The position numbers and the translations under genes are program-made. Source: Nannocystis bainbridge (lineage in GTDB: Bacteria; Myxococcota_A; Polyangia; Nannocystales; Nannocystaceae). Taken from it: 64,000 nucleotides of DNA. How positions within the stretch are numbered: position 1 is the stretch's first letter; each line of letters starts with the position of its first letter. The notes beneath the pieces are model-generated. The model was not told the DNA's origin and searched no databases. It saw nothing but the letters and a program-made list of their open reading frames with translations. Below are positions 30,496 through 41,010 of this stretch, in pieces. Location of the stretch: positions 736,001 to 800,000 of the forward strand of contig NZ_JAQNDL010000001.1 of the NCBI RefSeq assembly GCF_028368995.1. Direction: 5' to 3'.

Positions 30496-33210
30496 CTATT
30501 TGCGCACCCCCGGTCGCGCCAGCCAGGGCGCGAACCAGCAGGCGCCGAGGGCCGCGCCGACCAGCGCGATGGCGAGGCCGAGGCCGAGGTCCCGCAGCGG
30601 CGCCATCTCGGACGCGAGCAGCACGAGGAACGCCGCCGCGAGCTGCAACGCCGAGATGAGCGTGACCACGCCGATGTCACTGACGGCCCGCGCGCCCGCG
30701 TCGGCGGTCGTATAGGTGCGCGCGCGGAAGTTGAGGTGGATCGCAAAGTCGACGCCGGCGCCGACGGCGATGCAAGAGATCATGCTGGTGCCGACGCTGA
30801 TCGGCATGCCGAGCAGGCCGAAGATGCCCATCGTCACGCACAGACACCACACCGCCGGCACCAGCGCGAGCATCTGGCGCGCCAGCAGCAGCGTCAGCGC
30901 CAGGCCCACCAGCGACACGGCGGTCGAGGTGAACAGGCTGCGCGTGACGCTCTCCGCGAACGCGGCGCCGATCACAGGCTGGCCCGTGAGACGTGTCTTG
31001 AAGGACAGGTTGCGACCCTCGCCGTCGGCGACGCGCCACTCGTCGTCGTCGAGCTCCGACAGCGCGCCCTTCACCGAGCTGCAGCTCGGACCGGCCGCGT
31101 CGGCCGGCGCCTGCAGCGGCAGCTCGAGCGCGCCGCAGCGGGCCTCGACCTGGAAGCGCACCAGCGCGTCGTCGGCCCACGGCCCGAGGTGCTTGGCGAC
31201 GAAGCCGATGCCCTCCGGATCCTTGGCGGCGAGCGTCGGCAGCTTGCTGCGCAGCAGGGCCTCGAGCTCGGCGCCACGCGGCGCGACCAGGCTGGCCGGA
31301 TCGATCGCGTCGATCTCCTCGCGCGGCACGCCCTCGACCGGGCTGTCCTCGGAGTCGAGCGCGCGGTCGCGGACCTCGGTCAGCGCGGCGAGCAGCGCCG
31401 GCGACGGCGCGCTCGACGGTGAGGCCTGAATCAACTTGTCGGCGTCGACGGGCCGGCCGAGCAGCCGCGACAGCCGCTGCCCGACCTCCTGCACCTGAAC
31501 CGCGCGCACCTTGGGATCGGTGGTCGGCCCGACGACGAAGCGACCGGCGGCGTGGCGATCGAGCAGCGCCCGCACCGCGTCGGCGACTTCCACCTGCGCG
31601 TCGCCCGACATCGGCGCCAGCTTGATGTGGATCAGCGCGCCGGCGGTGTCGTCGGTGACGATCTGCGCGACCGCGGGGTGGCCCTGCAGCAGCGCGAACA
31701 CCCGCGACGCGCGACCCGGCGTCTCGGGCACGCCGCGGCGGCCGCCGAGCGCCTCGTTGAGCAGCGCGTGCGGCTCGACGATCGAGCGCACGTCGACCAC
31801 GCCCTCGATCGCCCGCACCTGCTCGGCGAGGTCGCGGATCTCTCGCAGCGCCGTCGGCTCGGCCAGCGCCTTGCGATCGCTGTCGCCGAGCTGCTCGGCC
31901 TCGACCGCGACCTGCAGGTACGTGGACCCGCCGAAGTGGTCGTTGAAGAACCGGTTCGAGCGCATCGGCTCGCTGTCCTCCGAGAACACCTCGGTCGGAT
32001 CGGAGTCGGCCCGCAGCGTCGACGCCACCCCGGCGCCGATCACCGCCAGCGCGAGCATCAGCCACAGGTTCGGGCGCAGGCGCAGCGGCATCGGCCGCTC
32101 GGCCCGCGGCGGGAGCAACCTGTCCGGAAGGACAGACAGGATCGCCGGCAGCACCAGCAGCGCCAGCGCCAGCAGCACCAGCACGCCGACGCCCGCGGTC
32201 ACGCCGAACCGCTGCATCGGCAGCTGCGGCATCATCGTCAGGGAGAAGAACGACACCGCGGTGGTCAGGCCGCTGAGCAGCACCGGCAGCCACAGCTCGC
32301 GCAGGGTCGCGCTGGCGCGCTCGCGGCTGGTGCCGTGCTGACGCTGGTAGCCGGCCAGCATGTGCACGCCGAAGGCGCCGCCGAGCGCGACCATCAGCAC
32401 CGGCATCGAGCTGCTGACGATCGTCAGCGCCTCGCCGAGCACCCCGTGAGCGCCGAGCACCAGGCCGACGCCCAGGCCGGTGAGGATCAGGTTGATGCCT
32501 GCCGCGACCACGCTGCCGAGCAGCACCGCCGAGACCAGCACGAGCACGCCGATCACGATCGGCGACAGCTTGTCGAGGTCGGCCCGGCTGGCGGTGGCCG
32601 CCACGTCCTCGATGAAGGGCGCGCCGCCGAGGTGGGTCTCGCCCTGCCAGCCGGTCGCTAGCGCGCCGCGGATCTCCCGGATCGTCGCCGAACGGGCGTC
32701 GGCGGCCGCGGCCCGGTCGTCGTGGTGCATCAGGAACACCATCAACGCCGCGGCCCGACCGTCGCGCGAGATCATGCTGCCGACGGCGTCGGTCGAGCCG
32801 AGCACCTTCTCGCGGATGAGCGCCGGGTCGCGCAGCGCCTCGGGCACCAGCTCCGCGATCTCGAGCCCGTCGTCGGTGACGCGCGGGTCGGGCAGATCGG
32901 CGAACGACAGCACCATGCGCACGCCGTCCTTGCGCTCGATCTCGCGGCCGAGCTCGCGGACCTCGTCGACGCGCTCGGGGGACAGCAGGTCGCCGTCGGG
33001 CTTCGTCAGGCCGACGAGGCCGACCTCGAGCACGCCGAAGCGCTTGGCGACCTCGCGGAACACGACCACGTCGGGGTGGTCGGGCGGCAGGAACGCGAGC
33101 ACGTCGTTGTCCTCGCGGATGGCCGCGAGGCCCGGCAGGATGATCGCCGCCACGGCGACGGCGAGCGCGAGGATGGCCCAGCGGGCGCGGACGAACGGGT
33201 GGTCGCGCAT
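30496..33210 (-). CDS. MMPL/RND family transporter
   Basis: Two TM bundles with periplasmic loops; SGLTTAVSF, HFGGS, GAGVDFAIH. Confidence 0.9.
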   Translation of the reverse strand: MRDHPFVRARWAILALAVAVAAIILPGLAAIREDNDVLAFLPPDHPDVVVFREVAKRFGVLEVGLVGLTKPDGDLLSPERVDEVRELGREIERKDGVRMVLSFADLPDPRVTDDGLEIAELVPEALRDPALIREKVLGSTDAVGSMISRDGRAAALMVFLMHHDDRAAAADARSATIREIRGALATGWQGETHLGGAPFIEDVAATASRADLDKLSPIVIGVLVLVSAVLLGSVVAAGINLILTGLGVGLVLGAHGVLGEALTIVSSSMPVLMVALGGAFGVHMLAGYQRQHGTSRERASATLRELWLPVLLSGLTTAVSFFSLTMMPQLPMQRFGVTAGVGVLVLLALALLVLPAILSVLPDRLLPPRAERPMPLRLRPNLWLMLALAVIGAGVASTLRADSDPTEVFSEDSEPMRSNRFFNDHFGGSTYLQVAVEAEQLGDSDRKALAEPTALREIRDLAEQVRAIEGVVDVRSIVEPHALLNEALGGRRGVPETPGRASRVFALLQGHPAVAQIVTDDTAGALIHIKLAPMSGDAQVEVADAVRALLDRHAAGRFVVGPTTDPKVRAVQVQEVGQRLSRLLGRPVDADKLIQASPSSAPSPALLAALTEVRDRALDSEDSPVEGVPREEIDAIDPASLVAPRGAELEALLRSKLPTLAAKDPEGIGFVAKHLGPWADDALVRFQVEARCGALELPLQAPADAAGPSCSSVKGALSELDDDEWRVADGEGRNLSFKTRLTGQPVIGAAFAESVTRSLFTSTAVSLVGLALTLLLARQMLALVPAVWCLCVTMGIFGLLGMPISVGTSMISCIAVGAGVDFAIHLNFRARTYTTADAGARAVSDIGVVTLISALQLAAAFLVLLASEMAPLRDLGLGLAIALVGAALGACWFAPWLARPGVRK

Positions 33211-33217
33211 CGTCGGC

Positions 33218-34126
33218 TCACTCCCAGACGGGGGTCAGCCAGCCGCGGCGCGCCTCGACGCGCCCGCGGACCACTTCGTTGAAGTGCGCGGTGAGGCGGG
33301 CGGTGATGGGGCCGATGTCGCCGTTGCCGATCGTGCGCTTGTCGACCGAGCGGACCGCCTGGATCTGGGCCCCGGTGCCGCACAGGAACAGCTCGTCGGA
33401 CACGTAGAGCTCGGTGCGGCCGATGACCCGCTCGACGACCGTGAGCCCGAGGTCCTCGGTCGCCAGGGTGATCAGCGAGCGGCGGGTGATGCCGTCGAGG
33501 TTGTCCTCGGTGCTCGGCGGCGTGTAGAGCACGCCGTCGCGGATGATGAACACGTGCTCGGCGCTGCCCTCCGAGACCTTGCCGTACTCGGTCAGGAAGA
33601 TCGCCTCGTCGTAGCCGTTGTCGTGGGCCTCGCGGCGCGCCAGGGCGCTGTTGAGGTAGAGGCCGGTCGCCTTGGTCCGCGCCGGGATGGCGTTGTCGGT
33701 GGCGCGCCGCCACGACGACACGCACACGTCGATCGCGTCCTTCTCCATGTAGCGCTGGAGCGGCAGGCAGTAGATCACCAGCATGCTGTCCTCCTCGCGC
33801 ATCACCGGCGCCAGCTTGGTCGAGGCGTTCAGCACCAGCGGCCGCACGTAGACGTCGTGGTGCACCTCGTTGCGTCGGAGCAGCTCGCCGATCAGGCCGC
33901 AGGTCGAGGCGTGGTCGCCCGGCAGGCGCATGTGCAGCACCCGCGCCGAGTGCGTCAGGCGGGTGATGTGGTCACCGACGCGGAACAGGTTGATCTGCTG
34001 CCCGTCGGCGGCGAGGTAGCCGCGGATCCCCCCGAAACAGCCGAGACCATAATTCAGCGCGCGCGTACGCACGCTGACGACCGCCTCGGCGTCGTCGACG
34101 AACTTGCCATCGAGGTAGGTGATCAT
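33218..34126 (-). CDS. ilvE: Branched-chain amino acid aminotransferase (class IV PLP)
   Basis: ALNYGLGCFGGIRGY, KATGLYLNS, SEGSAEH, LDGITR, ELFLCGT. Confidence 0.88.
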   Translation of the reverse strand: MITYLDGKFVDDAEAVVSVRTRALNYGLGCFGGIRGYLAADGQQINLFRVGDHITRLTHSARVLHMRLPGDHASTCGLIGELLRRNEVHHDVYVRPLVLNASTKLAPVMREEDSMLVIYCLPLQRYMEKDAIDVCVSSWRRATDNAIPARTKATGLYLNSALARREAHDNGYDEAIFLTEYGKVSEGSAEHVFIIRDGVLYTPPSTEDNLDGITRRSLITLATEDLGLTVVERVIGRTELYVSDELFLCGTGAQIQAVRSVDKRTIGNGDIGPITARLTAHFNEVVRGRVEARRGWLTPVWE

Positions 34127-34247
34127 GCGGCGCGGAGGATGCCAGAGGAGGCTGGCGGCTCGCCACTGCGCAGCCGCCTGCTCGCCACCGGGGCTCCGCG
34201 GGTGCAGGCGCGAGCCAGCTCACGGATCCGCGATGCCCGCAGCGCAA

Positions 34248-34271
34248 TGACATGTCTCTTGGGACATGCGA
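34248..34271. repeat. 14-bp-phased CATG array (copy 9, two units)
   Basis: TGACATGTCT-CTTG-GGACATGCGA; cores at 34251 and 34265. Confidence 0.7.
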
Positions 34272-34332
34272 GCCGCGCGGGCCGCCGCGGCGCGACCGCA
34301 AGTCCGACCTCGAAGCCGGGATTCTCGCGCGC

Positions 34333-35400
34333 TCAGAACCGGCCTGCGAGCGCCCACCCGGCCAGCCCGGGCGCGGCCCACGGCGCGGTCGCGAACGCGC
34401 GCGCGCGCCGACGCCGGTCGGCCGCGTCGTGCGCGAGCGTGATCGCGGAGAACAGCACCAGGCCGGCGCCGATGCCGGTGAGCAGCGCGGCGGCGATCCG
34501 CGAGCCGTCGCGGTCGTCGAGGCGCGTCGGGCTCGGGCGCGGCGCGTCGAGCAGCCGCCCGCGCTCGCCCAGCGCGGTCCCCAGCCAGCCGCCGCAGCCG
34601 GCCAGCAGCGCCCCGCCGAGCCCGAGCTCCAGCACCGCGGCGCGTCGCCGGGCTCGCGCCGCGATCGGCAGCAGCGAGACGAGCGCGCCGATGCTCGCGC
34701 CCCCGAGCACCGCGCCGGCCGTGTTCAGCGCGCCGGCGTCCGCGAGGTCGCGACGCAGCCGGGCCGCCGGGTACGCCGCCTCGAGCGCCGCCGCGGCCGC
34801 CGGATCGATCTCCGCGCCGGTGTCCGGCTCGACCCCGGCTGCCTCGTACGCCGCCGCGTCGCGCCGTGACGCCCGCTTCTCGCGGCCGTTCGCGGCCACC
34901 AGCAGGCCGAGGCCGGCGACGTAGGTCGCCACGAACCCGCCGAACACCCCGAACATCAGCTTGCGATCGCGCTGCAGCCGCGGATCGTCGACCGGCCCGC
35001 GTCGGGTCAGCTCGACGTCGACCGGTGGCTGACCTGGCTGAACGGTCAGGTAGAGATCGGCCCCGTGGCGGCGCCCCCGGACTTGCAGCTGCCACACCCC
35101 GGACCGCAGCGTCACCGTCGTCGTCGGGCCCGTCAGCGGCCGCGCCTGCGCCGACGACGAGTCGTGATCGATCGGTCGCAGCCGCAGCTCCGCGCCGCGG
35201 GCCGCCCGCTCGGGCCAAAACCGCAGGTCGAGCACGACCTTCGGGCGGTACACCGGCAGCGGCGGCGCGGCGACCTCGGGCGGCGGGACCGGCTCGGTCG
35301 CGCCGGCGCGCAGCGGCACACCGGTGACGGTCAGGGCCAAAGCGATGCCGGCCGACCAGCCCCTGGCGACGACCCCGGCGCGCGCTCGCGTGGACACCAT
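34333..35400 (-). CDS. Hypothetical secreted/membrane protein
   Basis: Signal peptide, PEGA-like beta region, several hydrophobic segments, C-terminal GWALAGRF. Confidence 0.7.
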   Translation of the reverse strand: MVSTRARAGVVARGWSAGIALALTVTGVPLRAGATEPVPPPEVAAPPLPVYRPKVVLDLRFWPERAARGAELRLRPIDHDSSSAQARPLTGPTTTVTLRSGVWQLQVRGRRHGADLYLTVQPGQPPVDVELTRRGPVDDPRLQRDRKLMFGVFGGFVATYVAGLGLLVAANGREKRASRRDAAAYEAAGVEPDTGAEIDPAAAAALEAAYPAARLRRDLADAGALNTAGAVLGGASIGALVSLLPIAARARRRAAVLELGLGGALLAGCGGWLGTALGERGRLLDAPRPSPTRLDDRDGSRIAAALLTGIGAGLVLFSAITLAHDAADRRRRARAFATAPWAAPGLAGWALAGRF

Positions 35401-35525
35401 CGCCGCGATGGTGCCAGGTTTCCCGCGCGGCGGCAGCCACCGTCGCGCGCGTCCCCGCTCGGGCTCACGACCCCGGGCCGCGCCCGATCGGGGCGCGGTC
35501 CCGGGACCTGGCCCCGCTCGCACCG

Positions 35526-35591
35526 TCGCATGTCCCGAAGGCCATGCCCTAAGAGACATGCCCGTTAGAACATGCCCTCTTGAACATGCCC
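35526..35591. repeat. 14-bp-phased RRRCATGYYY array (copy 10)
   Basis: CATG at 35529, 35543, 35557, 35571, 35585; just 3' of the TolC-family stop at 35604. Confidence 0.93.
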
Positions 35592-35603
35592 CGATGGCCA
35601 GCC

Positions 35604-36971
35604 TCAGATCGCCGGGAACCCGAGCGCCTGCTCGACCCCCGCGAGGGCCACGTGGTAGGCCGCGAGCGCGCGGAAGTAGGCCAGGTAGACCAGCACGCGC
35701 CCCTCCTGGGCGCGCACCGCCACCAGGAACGGCGACTGGTTGGCCAGGAACGCCTGGCGCGCGTCCTCGTACACCGCGTCGGCGGCCGGCAGCAGCTCGC
35801 CCTCGTAGAGCCGCAGCTGCGACTGCTGGAACGACGCCAGCGCGACCGCGTCGGCCAGCTGGCGGGCGATCTCGTGGGCCAGCGCCGCCCCCTCGCTATC
35901 GATCTGCTCGCGCGTCGCCCGGACCTCCGCCATCGGCCCTTGCTGGCGGTTGAACAGCGGCACCTCGAGCGACAGCATGAAGAACGCGCCCCACATCGGC
36001 TTGCCCTGCGGGACCATGTCCGGGCCGGCCGACACCACCATGTCCGGGGCCCGGTTGGCGCGGGCCAGCCGCTCCTCCTTGTTCACCACCTCGCGCGTGC
36101 TCTTGAGCCGGGCCAGCTCCGGCCGCCGGCGCAGCGCCTCGACGATCAGGTGGTCGTACGCGGCCAGGAATTCGTTGCGCCAGTCGTCGTTGTCGAGCTC
36201 GAGCCAGCTCGGCGGGCGGTCGCGCGCCGGTGATATCAGCACCAGCTCGACGCTCGGCGCATTGCCGAGCAGGCTGTTGAGGCGGATGTCGGCCTGGAGG
36301 TGCTCGAACTTGGCCTGCTCGAGCGCCAGGCGGGCGTGCAGGCGGGTCGTGCTCGCCTCGAGCACGTCCGCGCGGGGGATGTCGCCGGGCAGCGCCTCGG
36401 CCTGGCCGAGCAGCTCGTCGACGCTGCGGATCAGGGCGATGAACTGGGCCTCGCGCTCCTGGGCGAAGAACGCCTCCATGAACGTGCGCCGGGCCTCGGC
36501 CCGCAGCTCCGCCGCGAGGATCCGCAGGTCCGCGTCGTGCACGCCTACCTGCGCCCCGGCGACCTCGACCCGCCGGCGCCGCTTGCCGAGCTCGAACGTC
36601 TGCGTGAAGCCGAGTCGATAGGTGTACTCGGCGGTGCCGTTGTCCGAGAGCAGGTACGGGTTCGGCATCGAAGTGCGCGCCGTCAGCACGCGCGCGTCGA
36701 GGACCCCGCGCTTGGCCTTGAGCGCCGCCATGCGCGGGTGCTTGCTCTCGACCGCGCGAACCACTCGATCGACCGTCCACCGCTGCGTCGGCCCGGGCCG
36801 CAGCGGCGCCGGGGCCAGCTCGCGCGGCTCCGGCTTGTCGAGCGTCGGCGCGGGGTGCGGCGGCGGCGTTCCGTCGCTCACCGGCGGCCCGGCCGCGGCG
36901 TGATTCGTACCTGTCCCAAAGTACAGCATGGCGAAGCACGCCGTGGCGCGGAGCGAGGCGAAGAGCGACAT
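35604..36971 (-). CDS. TolC/CzcC family outer-membrane efflux protein
   Basis: PNP, QTFELG.KRRRRV, ALRRRPEL, LEVPLFNRQQG; start uncertain. Confidence 0.85.
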   Translation of the reverse strand: MSLFASLRATACFAMLYFGTGTNHAAAGPPVSDGTPPPHPAPTLDKPEPRELAPAPLRPGPTQRWTVDRVVRAVESKHPRMAALKAKRGVLDARVLTARTSMPNPYLLSDNGTAEYTYRLGFTQTFELGKRRRRVEVAGAQVGVHDADLRILAAELRAEARRTFMEAFFAQEREAQFIALIRSVDELLGQAEALPGDIPRADVLEASTTRLHARLALEQAKFEHLQADIRLNSLLGNAPSVELVLISPARDRPPSWLELDNDDWRNEFLAAYDHLIVEALRRRPELARLKSTREVVNKEERLARANRAPDMVVSAGPDMVPQGKPMWGAFFMLSLEVPLFNRQQGPMAEVRATREQIDSEGAALAHEIARQLADAVALASFQQSQLRLYEGELLPAADAVYEDARQAFLANQSPFLVAVRAQEGRVLVYLAYFRALAAYHVALAGVEQALGFPAI

Positions 36972-37366
36972 GGACTTCCTCGTTGTACACTGGGATCTCC
37001 CCCACGGCCGGCCCATGCATGGTTCTTCATGGGCAAAATCGCGCATTGCCGCTCTCGCGGGGTGCGGTCGCGGGCTGCCATCATTCACGGGGACCCGAGC
37101 AATCATGGCAGTCGATCCCTCGGCAGTCTCCACATTCGTCCTCCGGCCCCCATCGAATCGCAGGACTCGGGCGGCAGCGGCGCGCGGCGGGCCGGGCCGG
37201 CGAATGGCGACCGCCCCGGCGGGGCTGTGCGCTGGATCGCCGATCTGGGCGACCGGCGCCTGGACCCTCGCCGCCGGTCCGCCCTCGCGCGACCCCTGGT
37301 GCGCGGCCAGGTCCACGCGCCGGGCCTCGGCGGTGGACGCCGGGCCCGGCGCTATCGACAGAGGGT

Positions 37367-38878
37367 ATGCACACCAACGCCTCGTCGCACTCCATCACCC
37401 GCCGCGAAGAGGTTTGGGTCGCGGCCGGCCTCAGCGGCTCGGGGGCCGCGGCCTCGGGCCTGGGCGTGCGGCCCCGCCTGCCGCTGCGCGAGCGCCTGTT
37501 CGCGCCGGTCGACATCGCCTCGCTGGTGGTATTCCGGGTCGTCTTCGGCCTGCTGATGATCGTCGACGTGTGGCGCTATTACGGCAAGATCGACGCGACC
37601 TACATCCAGCCCGGGTTTCACTTCACCTATTATGGATTCGACTGGGTGCGGCCGTGGCCGGGCGACGGCATGTACGTGCATTTCCTCGTGCTCGCCCTCG
37701 CGGCCGCCGGCGTCATGGTCGGCTGCTGTTACCGCGCCGCCGCCACCGTGTTCTTCCTCGGCTTCAGCTATTGGTTCTTGCTCGAGCAGGCGCGCTACCT
37801 CAACCACTTCTATTTGATCGCCCTGCTCGCCTTCGTCATGATCGTCCTCCCGGCCCACCGCGCCTTCGCGGTCGACGCCTGGTTGCGCCCGCGGCTGCGC
37901 GCGGCGACGGTCCCGGCCTGGGCCCTGTGGCTGGTCCGGTTCCAGATCGCTGTTCCCTACCTGTTCGGCGGGATCGCCAAGCTCAACGGCGATTGGTTGC
38001 AGGGCGAGCCGATGCGCATGTGGCTGGCGGCCCGCGCCAGTCGTCCGATCGTCGGCCCGCTCTTCACTCAGGAGTGGGTCGTCTATTTCTTCAGCTGGGG
38101 CGGCCTCCTTTTCGACCTGGCCATCGTGCCGCTGCTGCTGTGGCGCCGGTCACGGCCGTTCGCGTTCGTGGCGGCGCTGCTGTTCAACCTCGTCAACGGC
38201 TACGTGTTCACGATCGGCATCTTCCCGTGGGTCATGGCCGCCGCGACGTTGATGTTCTGCGAGCCCGACTGGCCGCGGCGCTGCGGCCGGGTCCTGGCGC
38301 GCCTGTTCGGCCTCCGGCCGGCGGGCCTCAGCGCGCCGCGGCTGTTCGTCCGCCCGCGCGAGCGCGTCTCGCTGTCGCTGCGAACCGGACTGCGGCCCGG
38401 TCAGCGCTGGACCCTGGCCCTCCTCGGCACCTATTGCGGCTTTCAACTGCTGTTCCCGCTGCGTCACTGGCTGTACCCCGGTGACGTCGCCTGGACCGAG
38501 GAGGGCCACAAGTTCTCGTGGCGGATGAAGCTGCGCGACAAGGAGTCGCGGGTCCGCTTCCTCGCCACCGATCCGCACGAGGAGCGGACCTGGGAGGTCG
38601 ACGCGCGGCAGTACCTCACCCCGTGGCAGCGCACCGAGATGTCCGGCCGGCCGGAGATGATCCTGCAGTTCGCCCATCACCTCGCCGCCGACCTGCGCGC
38701 GCAGGGCCACGAGGACCTCCAGATCCGCGCCGTCGCCAACGTCTCGCTCAACGGTCGCGCGCCGCAGTTGATGATCGATCCGGAGGTCGACCTCGTGAAG
38801 CAGCCGCGCTCGATCCTGCCGGCGCCGTGGATCTTGCCGATGGCCGAGCCGGCGCTGGCGCCCGAGCGGCGGCTCTGA
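37367..38878 (+). CDS. HTTM / vitamin K-dependent gamma-carboxylase-like membrane protein
   Basis: DIASLVVFRVVFG, FHFTYYGFDWV, YLNHFYL, GIAKLNGDWL, WTEEGHKFSWRMKLRDK, VSLNGR. Confidence 0.9.
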   Translation: MHTNASSHSITRREEVWVAAGLSGSGAAASGLGVRPRLPLRERLFAPVDIASLVVFRVVFGLLMIVDVWRYYGKIDATYIQPGFHFTYYGFDWVRPWPGDGMYVHFLVLALAAAGVMVGCCYRAAATVFFLGFSYWFLLEQARYLNHFYLIALLAFVMIVLPAHRAFAVDAWLRPRLRAATVPAWALWLVRFQIAVPYLFGGIAKLNGDWLQGEPMRMWLAARASRPIVGPLFTQEWVVYFFSWGGLLFDLAIVPLLLWRRSRPFAFVAALLFNLVNGYVFTIGIFPWVMAAATLMFCEPDWPRRCGRVLARLFGLRPAGLSAPRLFVRPRERVSLSLRTGLRPGQRWTLALLGTYCGFQLLFPLRHWLYPGDVAWTEEGHKFSWRMKLRDKESRVRFLATDPHEERTWEVDARQYLTPWQRTEMSGRPEMILQFAHHLAADLRAQGHEDLQIRAVANVSLNGRAPQLMIDPEVDLVKQPRSILPAPWILPMAEPALAPERRL

Positions 38879-38908
38879 CCGGGGCCCGGCCCGCACCGGC
38901 ACCGGGCC

Positions 38909-39463
38909 TCAGAGCACCTCGAACTGTTCCATGAACGAGGCGACCTGGATCGTCCAGGTCCCGCTCGCCAGGTTCGAGATCTCGGCGGAGATGTTGTACT
39001 TGCAGACGCAACTGTCCATCGGATTGCCGCCGATGTCGTAGATCACGAGCAGCGAATTGTTGGACAGCAGCTTGACGTTGGGCGAAAAGCTCAGGTTGCA
39101 CGCCGCGTCGTGGCCGTACTCGGTGAAGCGGATGTGGCCCGCGCCGAGCACCTCGACCACCAGCGAGGCGGGGTCCTCCATGTCGGGGCAGGACGACATC
39201 GGCGGCCCGACGTCGATACCGCACTCCATCGCCGAGGTCTCGCAAGCGGGCGCCGGCTCGGTGCTCGTGCCGGTGTCCGTGGTGTCCTCGGCGGTCGTCG
39301 ACGACGTCGAGGTCGGCTCCGCGGTCGTGCTCGCCGTCGTCGTCGTGGTCGACGTGTCGGTCGTCTCGGCGGTGCCGGCGGTCGGGGCGGTCTCGGTGGA
39401 ATCGGAGTCCTGGCCGCACGCGGCGGACAGGGCGAGGACCAGGGCGATGCAGGTTCGGCGCAT
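38909..39463 (-). CDS. Lipoprotein with Thr-rich linker
   Basis: MRRTCIALVLALSAAC lipobox; C-terminal beta domain with CxC. Confidence 0.7.
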   Translation of the reverse strand: MRRTCIALVLALSAACGQDSDSTETAPTAGTAETTDTSTTTTTASTTAEPTSTSSTTAEDTTDTGTSTEPAPACETSAMECGIDVGPPMSSCPDMEDPASLVVEVLGAGHIRFTEYGHDAACNLSFSPNVKLLSNNSLLVIYDIGGNPMDSCVCKYNISAEISNLASGTWTIQVASFMEQFEVL

Positions 39464-39469
39464 AAACAC

Positions 39470-40261
39470 TCAGGAGCGGGCAGAGATCTTGTATTCGGTG
39501 GAGTTGCGTTCGCCGCGGCGCGCGACCTGGCCGGAAGCGACCAGGCGATGGAGGGCGATGCGGACCTGGTTGTCGGAGCCGCCGACGTGGGCGCGCAGCT
39601 GCGACGCGCCGATCCAGCCGGTCGTCTGCTGCAGCAGATTCATCACCGCCGCGTCGTAATGCGCGCGGCCCTCGAGCGTGCGCGCCGAGACGACCGGCGG
39701 TCGCCCGCGCTTGCTCGGCGGCGGCAGGCTGACGGCGTCGTCCTCCTCCTCTTCCGTGACGTCGTATTGCGCCCCGGGGATCCACGAGTAACGCGCGGGC
39801 TTGCCGTCGCTGCGGACCTTGCCGGCCTTGATCAGCTCGGTGACGGCGCGGTACATCGTGCTCGGGCTGCCGCCGAGCTTGGCCCGCAGTTCACCTGATG
39901 TCAGCCCGGTCCCTGCGGCCTGCAGCATCTCGACGATCGAGGCCACGTAGTCGCTGCTGGTGGCGCTCGGCGACCGCCCGGACCGCACTGGCGCAGACGC
40001 TTCCCGGGTCGCCCGTCCTCCACCGCGCTTGACCGGCCTCCCGCCTGGCTTGCTCGCGTCGCTCGGCGGCGCGGCGCTCTGGCTGAGCTCGGCGAGCTTG
40101 AGGTTGTCGAGGCCGCGTCCGAGAGGGCTCGTCAAGATCTCGCGCAGGTCGCCGAGGGTGAGCTCCGAAAACCTTTGCCGCAGCACTTGTGCCAAAAGGA
40201 TGGCCTGGTGCTCCGCGACGCTGCGCTGCAGATCGGACCGGAGGCGGTGAAGGATGCTCAT
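39470..40261 (-). CDS. Putative DNA-binding protein with two winged-helix domains
   Basis: Two repeats of Y...(I/V)..(M/L)LQ....(L/I)...(E/Q)LRA..GGS......A...L...G.V...G....Y. Confidence 0.75.
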   Translation of the reverse strand: MSILHRLRSDLQRSVAEHQAILLAQVLRQRFSELTLGDLREILTSPLGRGLDNLKLAELSQSAAPPSDASKPGGRPVKRGGGRATREASAPVRSGRSPSATSSDYVASIVEMLQAAGTGLTSGELRAKLGGSPSTMYRAVTELIKAGKVRSDGKPARYSWIPGAQYDVTEEEEDDAVSLPPPSKRGRPPVVSARTLEGRAHYDAAVMNLLQQTTGWIGASQLRAHVGGSDNQVRIALHRLVASGQVARRGERNSTEYKISARS

Positions 40262-40986
40262 GCGCAAGATATGCCGCAAACCATGGGCGGCGTCACGACA
40301 TAATTCGTCCGCGGCGCGTCCGAGCCCATTCGCGTCTCCGCGCCACGCGTCTCCACCACCATCTGCGTGCGAACAGCCCCAGCACGCTCTTTACGCCGCG
40401 TTTATAGAGCCGGAGCCCATTGGCGTCCGCACTCGCGGAAGCACAGAACACGCGCCCCTGACGATTCACCGCGCCCCGGCCTCTGCACTGAACCCGGTTC
40501 AATATCGGTACGATTACGGTAACTTGCGGGGCCCGCTTCGATGGCCGGGCGGGCCAATGCGCCGAGGCGTCTGCGCACCGCCTGCGCGCCCCGCGAACAG
40601 CGTTCTGCTTCAGCTTTCACGCCCGACAGCAGGAGCGCTGCGAATAAACAGCGATCGTCGAGCCACGTGCGCGTCGTCGCATCGCTAGCCACGTCCGCGG
40701 GCCGGAGGCGAGATCGCGGGAATGTGAGCACCGATTTGCCGATGTGAATGGGCGGTGTCACGGTCGGGCCCTCGACGGCGGTCACGGGTATCACCGGACG
40801 GCCCGCGGCGTGCGCATCCTACAATCCCCGAGGCCGTGCTCATTGAACGCTGCGGACCGTTGCGATGTGCCAGCGCCCAGTGCGAGACATCACCCGCGCG
40901 GGCGAGTATGACGAATCGGCGGTTTGTTCGGATCGGGTCGCCAGCCTGCATTCGCGTTCGGCCGCCCGACCGACCCCGACGCGCCG

Positions 40987-41010
40987 CGCTCTGTCCACGA
41001 GGACATGTCC
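40987..41010. repeat. 14-bp-phased CATG element (copy 11, degenerate two units)
   Basis: GCTCTGTCC-ACGA-GGACATGTCC; perfect palindrome at 41001-41010. Confidence 0.5.

Noticed and set aside
27492-33210. MMPL + LolA-like + beta-barrel operon as a novel system
   Set aside because: A widespread, already recognised three-gene arrangement; nothing unusual seen here.
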